Of a DNA stretch of 38,699 nt, positions 5,573-13,005 are shown piece after piece. Source of the DNA: a virus. Its lineage: Duplodnaviria > Caudoviricetes. Made by a program: the position numbers and the translations under genes. Below the pieces are notes generated by a model, which did not search any database, was not told the DNA's origin, and saw nothing but the letters and a program-made list of their open reading frames with translations. The stretch lies in the IMG/VR virus record IMGVR_UViG_3300030117_006473, positions 1-38,699 of that record, one strand, 5' to 3'. Each line of letters begins with the position of its first letter. Within the stretch, counting starts at the first letter, position 1.

Positions 5573-7744
5573 ATGTCAGATGTAAAAGGTCGCATGTCTT
5601 TTGAAGACGCTATGTCTACGGACCCGAACGAGTTCGAGCGATTGATGCTCGAAAAACGAAAGTCGACTTCGATGCCGAGCTTGATTCCTGAAGAGTTCAA
5701 GGCAGAAGATCGTGCCCTGACAGAGTCAGAGGAAGCAGAGGCTCAAGAAATTGCAACCGGTATGAAGCGTAGAGACACAGCGCAGCGCGTTCAGGACTTG
5801 GGTGAAGAGCTTAGCCTTGCTGGTTTGGCTCCTACGGTCTCAGGTCAAGTGACCGGATTTGTAGGGGATCTTTTGTACTCGGGAGGCGCTGGAGCGCGGT
5901 TTCTGATGGGGGAGGAAGGAGCAGGGACTGAGGCTGCCATGGGCCTTGCTGCTGCGGCACTTCCGATTATTCCTATTGCGGGATTTGCCCGTGCGCTCAA
6001 GAGGCTTCGAGAGAATCCAGATGCGCCTGCAACTCGCGAAGCTCGTGAGTTGTATCAGACATATGTTGATCGTGTGAAGGCAGGTGAGTTGTCACCAGAA
6101 GATGCAGCCACCGAGTTGAAGCCTTTGATGGACGACGCAGGTAAGCAAGCAGCGTATGAGGGTATGTCGGCTAGAAATGAAGCTGCTGCGGCTGCTCGCG
6201 GTGCAAAGACAAGACTTACGCCACAGCAGATTCAAAAAACTTTGTCTCGGGAGCGTCAAGCTTCAGACGAAGCATCAAAACGGGCCGCGATGTCGACACG
6301 TCAGACCGATCCTACCGATATGGATTTGTACGGAAAGGCAAGTGTTGGCGAGTTTGCGGGCGGTGCGGGCACGTTTACTCCCGGAGGAAGGGCAAGAGAT
6401 CTTGATGAAGCTAAGCGTTTGAGGGGTTCAAGGAAGGATCCGGCACAGGAGTATGGTTCTGGTGAGGCTCCTGTTGGACCACGTACGGCAATCATTGGCG
6501 GTAAAAAGATGTTTGCTCGTCCGGGGGCTGCGGGGGAGTTGTCGAAGCTTCGTCAGGAGTGGCGTAAGCGTGGCCGTAAAGACAAGAAGGGCAATCCATC
6601 TCCGCTTCCAACAGAGGCCGATGTGCCGAGCTTCTTTGTGAGTGAGCGTCAATACAAGAGTATGGTCAGCGCAGCAAGCCGAGACCCGAACGCAGCAAGA
6701 AAGCTTCGCAGTCGCAGAGTGAAGAAACTGGCCGGACAACAAGAGGCGCTAGAGGCTGATCGGGCCAAGCGCGCTGCTGCTGAGGCGGCGAAGAGACCTA
6801 CTCAGTACAATGAGCTTGAGATGGAGTTTATTCAGGGCGTGCCAAAGGAACAACAGAACGCGGCGCGTAAGCTAATAGATGAACAAAAAGCTGCGGGGCA
6901 GATGGTTGCAAAAGACGCAAAGGGTCAGTTTGGTTTCCGGCCCACCGGTTCGGGTATGACTCAAGCTACTCAAGGTAAAAAAAAAGTAAGTGACCCTTCG
7001 GGGGAGCCACCGAAGGACGTTGCGGTTGATGAACCCAAAATAAGCGGGTCAAAAATAAACACGCCTAACTTTAAATCTTGGTTTGGTCGGGGCGTTATTG
7101 CCAAAAATTCTGGTGAGCCGATACCGTTGTACCACTCAACAACCAAGAGCTTTGACGCATTCGAGCCCTCTAAAGAGGGATTGATGGGGCCCGGAATTTA
7201 CACATCATTATCGAGCAAGCACGTAAATGATTACATTGTAGATAAAGAAAAACGGACAATAAGGCGTGGCGCTAATGTTATTCCTTTATTTAGCAGCATT
7301 CGCAATCCTGCGTTTTTGTTGGACCCTATCGGGAAGGATCGTCTCGATCCCATACTGAGGAAGTTGTCCGATGCTGGAATAGAAGTTTCTCCTCGTTCTC
7401 CTGATGGAATCAACTCATACTGGGATTTGTTGACCTCACTTCCGGCAGAAGATCGAGCTATCAATGTTCGTGGTAAGAAAATTATAAACGAGGCCCTTCA
7501 AGATATGGGTCACGACTCATCCATATTTTCAAGAAGGAATGATTTCATACGTTACAGGGCATCAAACTTTGTTGATACTCCAGAAGACATGCACGTTCTG
7601 GTTTTCGATCCAACCAATGTGAAGTCACCTTATAACAAAGGAACCTTCGACCCGACCGACCCATCGATTCTGAAGGGCATCGGAGTAGGCGCAACAATCC
7701 CCGCCGCTACTGCCGCACGCTCTCAGCGACAAGAGGAAGGGTAG
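5573..7744 (+). CDS. 723-aa protein with C-terminal ADP-ribosyltransferase-like (ART-PolyVal-type) domain
   Basis: Motifs FKSWFG, P.PLYHST..F..F, GPGIYT, VIPLF..IRNP, GHDS and VFDPTNVKS..NKGTFDP.DP.I at about 7061-7672; Gly/Ala hydrophobic helices near the N-terminus. Confidence 0.8.
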   Translation: MSDVKGRMSFEDAMSTDPNEFERLMLEKRKSTSMPSLIPEEFKAEDRALTESEEAEAQEIATGMKRRDTAQRVQDLGEELSLAGLAPTVSGQVTGFVGDLLYSGGAGARFLMGEEGAGTEAAMGLAAAALPIIPIAGFARALKRLRENPDAPATREARELYQTYVDRVKAGELSPEDAATELKPLMDDAGKQAAYEGMSARNEAAAAARGAKTRLTPQQIQKTLSRERQASDEASKRAAMSTRQTDPTDMDLYGKASVGEFAGGAGTFTPGGRARDLDEAKRLRGSRKDPAQEYGSGEAPVGPRTAIIGGKKMFARPGAAGELSKLRQEWRKRGRKDKKGNPSPLPTEADVPSFFVSERQYKSMVSAASRDPNAARKLRSRRVKKLAGQQEALEADRAKRAAAEAAKRPTQYNELEMEFIQGVPKEQQNAARKLIDEQKAAGQMVAKDAKGQFGFRPTGSGMTQATQGKKKVSDPSGEPPKDVAVDEPKISGSKINTPNFKSWFGRGVIAKNSGEPIPLYHSTTKSFDAFEPSKEGLMGPGIYTSLSSKHVNDYIVDKEKRTIRRGANVIPLFSSIRNPAFLLDPIGKDRLDPILRKLSDAGIEVSPRSPDGINSYWDLLTSLPAEDRAINVRGKKIINEALQDMGHDSSIFSRRNDFIRYRASNFVDTPEDMHVLVFDPTNVKSPYNKGTFDPTDPSILKGIGVGATIPAATAARSQRQEEG

Positions 7745-7789
7745 GCATGTTATACTTTCTTATAGCTCAGGCCGTCGGGGGTCTCTTAT

Positions 7790-8746
7790 TTACCCTTTTC
7801 GAAGGATTTCTGCTTCTCGTTGAGCTTCCATCTTTCGTGCGAACATCATCTCTTCGAACGTACGAGGCTCACCACCTTCTGTAGCTGCAGCGGTGTCCGG
7901 CTTCATGTTCATGAGCTTCATGCCTTCAGGAACTGGTTCGGGCTCAGGCTCTGGCTCGGGTTCTGGTTCAGCTTTTGGCTGGGTGTCATACAGTGCTCGG
8001 GCGACTCGAACGGCGTTATCGACCGTCTTACCGTTCTTCCACTGTTCGAGGAACTCGTCAAATGCCTCGTCATTTTCGTAGATGTCGTTGGCGTTTGCGA
8101 CCAAGTACTGTTCAAGCTTGTCGACTTCTTGTTCCGTGATGGCTTTGTCGAACTCGTCGAGTTGATTTTGCATCTCGACGGTTTGTTGAATCGCAGCGTC
8201 TCGTTCTTTGATGGCTTCCTCGTACTGGTCGCCGAAAGTCGTCTTTGACTTTTCGTGTGCGGCTTCTGCTTGCTCGCGAAGAGTCTGCAGTGCGACTTCG
8301 TGGCTGAGCTTGAGGTTGTCGATTTCTTTTTGTTTGTCGAGAAGTGGATCAACGTCTCCGTGCATCCATTGCATTGCACGCTTCTGTTCTTGTCGAGCAG
8401 CCTCCATCAGCTTGTTTGCTTCGCGTTTTTGACTCGCAAGTTCGTCAAACTTCTTTTGGTATCCGCGCGCCCAGTTGTTGTACTTGGTTTCGAAACCACG
8501 GTCGATGGCTCCGCGCAAGGGTTCATTGAGTTCGTTGTACCACTGCTCTGTTCGGAGACTTTCAAGCTCTCCATTCCAGTCAAAGACTTCAGGAGCGGAC
8601 TCTACCTCTTCGTCCGCTCCCTCGTCTGCGCTGGCTTCAACAGTTGGTTCAGATTCTACCGGAGCCTCAGCAGGTTCCTCTGCGACGGCTTCATCCGCCA
8701 CTTCAGCCTGCCCACCGTCAACAGCTTCGTTATCCTCTTCCCACAT
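7790..8746 (-). CDS. Putative capsid scaffolding protein (318 aa, acidic coiled-coil, (EP)n linker)
   Basis: Acidic disordered N-terminus, helical core, co-transcribed with portal; AAGGG SD. Confidence 0.6.
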   Translation of the reverse strand: MWEEDNEAVDGGQAEVADEAVAEEPAEAPVESEPTVEASADEGADEEVESAPEVFDWNGELESLRTEQWYNELNEPLRGAIDRGFETKYNNWARGYQKKFDELASQKREANKLMEAARQEQKRAMQWMHGDVDPLLDKQKEIDNLKLSHEVALQTLREQAEAAHEKSKTTFGDQYEEAIKERDAAIQQTVEMQNQLDEFDKAITEQEVDKLEQYLVANANDIYENDEAFDEFLEQWKNGKTVDNAVRVARALYDTQPKAEPEPEPEPEPEPVPEGMKLMNMKPDTAAATEGGEPRTFEEMMFARKMEAQREAEILRKG

Positions 8747-8748
8747 GC

Positions 8749-9201
8749 TTACATCCCTTCTGGCGGCATCATCATTTCTGGTTGTGCCATCTCTGGCATC
8801 GCCCCTGCAGCAGGCGGTTCCATAGCGCCACCGTCACCACGGGCTGCCACCATTTCAAGCTGCATGAGCACATCAAAGTCGGTTGAAATCATATCGGCAA
8901 GTTCTTGGGCGGTTTTGCCCTGAGTCTTACCAAGTTGTTGTGCGGCATCGAAAAGCATCTTTGCCCTCTCTTCGGTGACGCCAAGAGTTTCAATCAATGG
9001 GCTGAGATCTTCAGCCGCTTCTTCGGCCATAGCTTCTTCTGCAGGCTTTTCCATTTCAGCCGCTGCGTCGTCCATTTCTGCGTCTTCGTCTTCAGACATT
9101 TCGGCACCACCTTCAAAAGCAGCCTTCATTTCTTCCATGCTTGGAAGATTCTTGTCTTCAGTCTTCATCTCTTCTTTCATTTCTTCTTTCATCTCAGCCA
9201 T
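8749..9201 (-). CDS. Highly acidic Met/Glu/Ala-rich hypothetical protein (150 aa)
   Basis: AGGA SD; extended -10 upstream; contiguous with scaffold-like gene. Confidence 0.8.
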   Translation of the reverse strand: MAEMKEEMKEEMKTEDKNLPSMEEMKAAFEGGAEMSEDEDAEMDDAAAEMEKPAEEAMAEEAAEDLSPLIETLGVTEERAKMLFDAAQQLGKTQGKTAQELADMISTDFDVLMQLEMVAARGDGGAMEPPAAGAMPEMAQPEMMMPPEGM

Positions 9202-9226
9202 GATCGTATCCTATTGCGTTACGGTA

Positions 9227-9235
9227 ATTTTACCA
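9227..9235 (-). promoter_or_regulatory. Extended -10 promoter (TGGTAAAAT) for the scaffold pair
   Basis: Near-consensus TGnTAnAAT in a 43-bp intergenic gap. Confidence 0.55.
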
Positions 9236-9244
9236 CTACGGTTA

Positions 9245-9499
9245 TTATTTTGTTCGAGACTTACTCTCGAAAATGTCAGGGTTCATCAATTCGAACGCGG
9301 CGTTGATTCCGATTGAACGAATAAATTTGTTTGGTACGGTGAAGCGTTCACCAGTCCTTCGGTCTTCGATAACCTTGCTATCTCGGATTGTGTCGTCTTT
9401 TACAGTTCTTAGAGATCTACTTTTCTTGTCTGCTTTGAACTCAGCGAGTTCAACAAGTTCAAGGTCAGACAGTCTGCTTCGAATACTTGGGTCGGGCAT
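9245..9499 (-). CDS. Hypothetical protein (84 aa)
   Basis: GGAGG SD; TGATG coupling. Confidence 0.75.
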   Translation of the reverse strand: MPDPSIRSRLSDLELVELAEFKADKKSRSLRTVKDDTIRDSKVIEDRRTGERFTVPNKFIRSIGINAAFELMNPDIFESKSRTK

Positions 9500-9960
9500 C
9501 ACTTACCTCCCACGAGTTGAGCCGCACTACCTTCGAGTTTACGTCCTTCGGCTTTGAGGGCCTTTCTTTCGGTAGACACTTCTTTGAGTATTTTGTCGTT
9601 AAGGCTTTTAGCCTTCTTACGTTTCCAACTATTGTGTCGAATTGTATCCAAGCGTTCAGCTTTTTGAGCTTGTGTCTCTTCTTGAATGTTGACGCGCTTT
9701 CCGGGAAAACGTTTTTGAATTGTTTCGATGCACCGGTCGTAGTCTTCTTTAGTCTCTGCTTTGCCCAGAACACCAAAGTCGACAGCCGCAAAAGATCCGG
9801 GGCCTTGGCCGTGGATAGCGTAACGAAACCCTCGAAAGCTCATCTCCCGCGCGCTTCCGCATTCGGGACACTTGGGTGGTCCTTCTGATCGACGATACAT
9901 TGCTTCTTCTTCGAAGAAGTCGCAGCCTGTGCATTGTAAGTTATTGATTATGTAGCTCAT
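9499..9960 (-). CDS. Zinc-ribbon (FmdB-like N-terminus) protein with basic C-terminal extension (153 aa)
   Basis: CTGC...CPECGS; ATGA overlap with upstream gene. Confidence 0.8.
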   Translation of the reverse strand: MSYIINNLQCTGCDFFEEEAMYRRSEGPPKCPECGSAREMSFRGFRYAIHGQGPGSFAAVDFGVLGKAETKEDYDRCIETIQKRFPGKRVNIQEETQAQKAERLDTIRHNSWKRKKAKSLNDKILKEVSTERKALKAEGRKLEGSAAQLVGGK

Positions 9961-10100
9961 TTTTTGTATCCGCCTCGGGGTCCCAGCTTGCCTTTACGTT
10001 TCATGGTGAGAGCAATTGCAACAGCTTGTTTCCGAGGCTTTCCTTCTTTCTTGAGTTTCTTTACTTTGCGATTAACCGCTGTTTTCTTTCCGTAGCTCAT
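9957..10100 (-). CDS. Very basic small protein (47 aa, MSYGKKTAVNRKVKKLKKEGKPRKQAVAIAL...)
   Basis: Translated by hand; EGKP.KQAVAIAL motif typical of small phage basic proteins; ATGA overlaps on both sides. Confidence 0.85.
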   Translation of the reverse strand: MSYGKKTAVNRKVKKLKKEGKPRKQAVAIALTMKRKGKLGPRGGYKK

Positions 10101-10357
10101 TTCTTCTTTCCGCCTTTTTTGTGCAGTCCATGTTTCGCGAACTGCTTACCCTTACGGGTAGCCTTTCTTTTCTTTCTTGTGGCTGCAGCAATCTTTGCTC
10201 GACCTGATTTGCTTGCTTTCAGTCGATTGATTTTTGCTCTTGGTGCGTAGACTTCACCCGAAGCTTTTGGTCCTTGAACACTGGGCTTGCCTGAAGGTGT
10301 TGTCCAGTCTTGCTTCGTCCACGTTTTAAGGGACTTCTGAGAGGCTTTGAGTGCCAT
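10097..10357 (-). CDS. Very basic protein (86 aa), resembles the C-terminal half of DUF5872-type proteins
   Basis: SQKSLK.WTKQDW.T..GK...GE.Y.P motif; family name recalled, not searched. Confidence 0.75.
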   Translation of the reverse strand: MALKASQKSLKTWTKQDWTTPSGKPSVQGPKASGEVYAPRAKINRLKASKSGRAKIAAATRKKRKATRKGKQFAKHGLHKKGGKKK

Positions 10358-10542
10358 TACTTATAGCCCCCGCCCTTACGCTTGTATGCGGCAGCAAGCA
10401 TTTGAGCTTTTCGAGCAGACCACTGTCCGGGCCGACCACCCTTTCCTCCGGCTTTGATGCGGTTGAACAGCCGCTTGCGCATTCCCGGCTTGGTGTAGTT
10501 ACCTGCTTCGTTTACGCGGCTCTTGGTTTTTTTCTTTGCCAT
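10357..10542 (-). CDS. Very basic protein (61 aa), resembles the N-terminal half of DUF5872-type proteins
   Basis: YTKP..RKRL...GGKGG.PGQWSARKAQML...Y...GGGY motif; TAATG coupling; family name recalled, not searched. Confidence 0.8.
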   Translation of the reverse strand: MAKKKTKSRVNEAGNYTKPGMRKRLFNRIKAGGKGGRPGQWSARKAQMLAAAYKRKGGGYK

Positions 10543-10868
10543 TACCATTTCACCTTGTCTGCCCAGTAAGCTGCGCTCATCTTACCGCGAGCAATGTTCT
10601 TCGAGTGTCTTGCTTTGAATGATTTTCTTTTGGCTTTCATTCTTGCGGACTCACCTTTCTTGGGTGCGCCTGCAGTTCCTGAAACTGATCCGACTCGTTT
10701 ACCTTGCTGACCAAATCGAATGAGTTTTATCTGGCTTCCCTCTTGAGCAAGCACGATATGGCTCTTCTTAGGATGTTTAGGTGTTCTTTTCGCGTTGTTT
10801 GCGCCCTTCAAGCCGTGCTTCTTTAGAAGTCTGGCTTTTCGCATTTTGTCTCGTTTAGACAAAGCCAT
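10542..10868 (-). CDS. Very basic conserved viral protein (108 aa; IRFGQQG...RKSFKARH...SAAYWA.K.KW)
   Basis: GAGGTGA SD; motif pattern recalled from phage and giant-virus small proteins. Confidence 0.85.
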   Translation of the reverse strand: MALSKRDKMRKARLLKKHGLKGANNAKRTPKHPKKSHIVLAQEGSQIKLIRFGQQGKRVGSVSGTAGAPKKGESARMKAKRKSFKARHSKNIARGKMSAAYWADKVKW

Positions 10869-10878
10869 ACATCACCTC

Positions 10879-12630
10879 TCAAGCTTCACCCGTCGGGGGT
10901 AGTTGTCCTGAAGCAGCAAGCTCTTGTTCCAGTTGAAGAAGTTCCTCTTCAGACAAGCTGTCGATTACTTGTTGCGCTTCGGCCTCTTCGGTAGCTTGCT
11001 CTTGAGCCTCGATTGCAGGCTTACCGGCAGCAGCACCCCCAAGTTTCGCTTGAGCCTCAGCTTGCATAGCGGCTTGCTGTTGAGCCATCGCCTCTTGCTT
11101 CATCGCCTCTAGTTCGGCCTCTGGGATTACGATACGTCGTGACAAGCCCATTCCACCGACCACTTCTTCGGTCAACTTGCGGATGTCTACGTTTTCGTTT
11201 TGTGTCAGGAACGGAATCATCTGAATCAGGCTCTCGATCATCACAGCCGGGTTCTTTCGAATCGGGTTGTACGAGACCATCTCAAAATCAACCTCAATGT
11301 TTCGCAGATCTTTGTGACCTAGCTCAGACCACCGCTTGTCCCCTGCGATACGGATGAGGCGAGGCTTCCGCATATACTTTTTAGTAAGGTAAAAAGCTTT
11401 TCGTGCAACGTCTTCGATGGCATCATTGAGGTGCCCTTCTCGTGTTGCAAGTCGTGTTCGCATTTGGGCGTCGATGATTGCCATCTCCGTGGCTGTCCGA
11501 GCACCGACAACCTGTCCTCGGGCGGCCTCAGCAAGTGCTGAAATAAAAGCAGCATCGTCTTCCTGTCGAGCGATGAACTCTTTAACACCCGTTGGGGCAT
11601 CTGGGATGGGCATTTCGTAGAACAATGTAGCCAAGCTTCGAAGTGTCTCACTGTTTGACGGATTGATTCCGATGAACGCGCCAGCACTGGCTTCGACAGC
11701 TTTGTTCAGGTCCTCTTCTGTGACTCGTCCTGAATCGTACAGGATCCTCGGAATCTGAAGATAGGTGATTTGTTTCATGTGAGTCAGCAAGTCGTTGATG
11801 GTTTCTTGCTGTTTCAATACCAATTGAACTTCACTCAAACCAAGGCAGTCAATGCCAGATTGGTTGAGGCTGAACATCGAGTATGGGATGTAGTCAATTT
11901 TGTCTTCGAACACTACGGCGTCAGCTTGCTTCACATAGTGTTGTACGATTCCGCGTTCACGATCGTAGTACTCGTAGATGGTGACCCACTTGAATGCATC
12001 ACGCAGTTGTTGTGTGTCGCTGCTTTGATTCTGATCTTGCAGCCACTTCGGGTACCGATCGGGTTGGACATCGGTCACAAGTTCTGCTTTGTACAAACCT
12101 GCACGCACACGGTTCTTGAACTCGTCAAAAGAGATAACGGTGGCTTCAATCCAGTATCGAATGTCGTCTTGATCCCGAACCGTCAGGTCAAAAAACACGG
12201 ATGATGGATTGACCGCACGAATGACGGGGATGTCTCGTTGTGCGTCCCAGCCGGTCTTGAAAATGCCACGCTTACAGAGAACCGCGTCGATCAAGGCTGT
12301 TGCTGCTTTTCGACGAAACCGATTGGTTTGGAAGACATACTCAAGCAGGCCGGACACAGAGGTAGCAGACTCTTGAGATTGAGGTGTACGTGCGACAGCA
12401 GCAACAGATGGGTTGGGTCCAAGCAGAGCACTGACCGCAGTGTCAGCAATCGCGTAGATCATGTTCTTAGAGCAAAGGTACGAATCCAGTCGTGTGTTGC
12501 TCAGGTCGCTATCAGAACTCGTAAAGAAATCGCCTCGGTAGAATCGTCGAGCTTTGTCAAACTGACGCTTCTCTGATCGCTTGTAGTACGTCAGGTGCCG
12601 GTCGATCAGCTTTGAGAGTTTTGATGCCAT
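10879..12630 (-). CDS. Portal protein (podovirus/P22-like)
   Basis: 583 aa; downstream of terminase; RTATE motif, IYEYYD, Q..IN helix and Gln/Ala-rich C-terminal barrel helix. Confidence 0.9.
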   Translation of the reverse strand: MASKLSKLIDRHLTYYKRSEKRQFDKARRFYRGDFFTSSDSDLSNTRLDSYLCSKNMIYAIADTAVSALLGPNPSVAAVARTPQSQESATSVSGLLEYVFQTNRFRRKAATALIDAVLCKRGIFKTGWDAQRDIPVIRAVNPSSVFFDLTVRDQDDIRYWIEATVISFDEFKNRVRAGLYKAELVTDVQPDRYPKWLQDQNQSSDTQQLRDAFKWVTIYEYYDRERGIVQHYVKQADAVVFEDKIDYIPYSMFSLNQSGIDCLGLSEVQLVLKQQETINDLLTHMKQITYLQIPRILYDSGRVTEEDLNKAVEASAGAFIGINPSNSETLRSLATLFYEMPIPDAPTGVKEFIARQEDDAAFISALAEAARGQVVGARTATEMAIIDAQMRTRLATREGHLNDAIEDVARKAFYLTKKYMRKPRLIRIAGDKRWSELGHKDLRNIEVDFEMVSYNPIRKNPAVMIESLIQMIPFLTQNENVDIRKLTEEVVGGMGLSRRIVIPEAELEAMKQEAMAQQQAAMQAEAQAKLGGAAAGKPAIEAQEQATEEAEAQQVIDSLSEEELLQLEQELAASGQLPPTGEA

Positions 12631-12632
12631 GA

Positions 12633-12806
12633 TTATTGCTCCGGTCGCGGTCTCTGTTCTTTGATCGAGCCGTCAGGATTAAACATCCCACGAATCAACT
12701 TAGACTCATTATATGCCTGCTGAAACTGTGCAAGCTGATCACCCTCAAGCGCAAGACCTGTAAGGTTCAAAACGTCATCATCGGGCTGTTCTGGGGCATC
12801 AGCCAT
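12633..12806 (-). CDS. Small acidic hypothetical protein (57 aa, MADAPEQPDDDVLNL...)
   Basis: Translated by hand; TGATG coupling; exactly fills the gap before the portal. Confidence 0.7.
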   Translation of the reverse strand: MADAPEQPDDDVLNLTGLALEGDQLAQFQQAYNESKLIRGMFNPDGSIKEQRPRPEQ

Positions 12807-13003
12807 CACTCAGACTCGTTAGCTTCTTTGAGAGCTTTTAAAAGAGCAGATTTTTCTTCGACATCTTTCTTCTTAGCTTCGGCTTTTGCCTTGTCCATTG
12901 TAGAGGCATCGTCAGGAAGCTTCTCGTTTGGTTTAAACGTACTCACGGGAGAGTAGCTTTTCTCTTGAGCGCGCTTGGATACTTTTTTCTTGGTTCCGGG
13001 CAT
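12806..13003 (-). CDS. Small Lys-rich hypothetical protein (65 aa)
   Basis: GGAG SD before ATG 13003. Confidence 0.75.
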   Translation of the reverse strand: MPGTKKKVSKRAQEKSYSPVSTFKPNEKLPDDASTMDKAKAEAKKKDVEEKSALLKALKEANESE

Positions 13004-13005
13004 GG

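Noticed and set aside
7933-7970. (GGTTCN/GGCTCN)n hexamer repeat
   Set aside because: Encodes the (EP)n linker of the scaffold-like protein with varied synonymous codons; protein-level low complexity rather than a DNA element.
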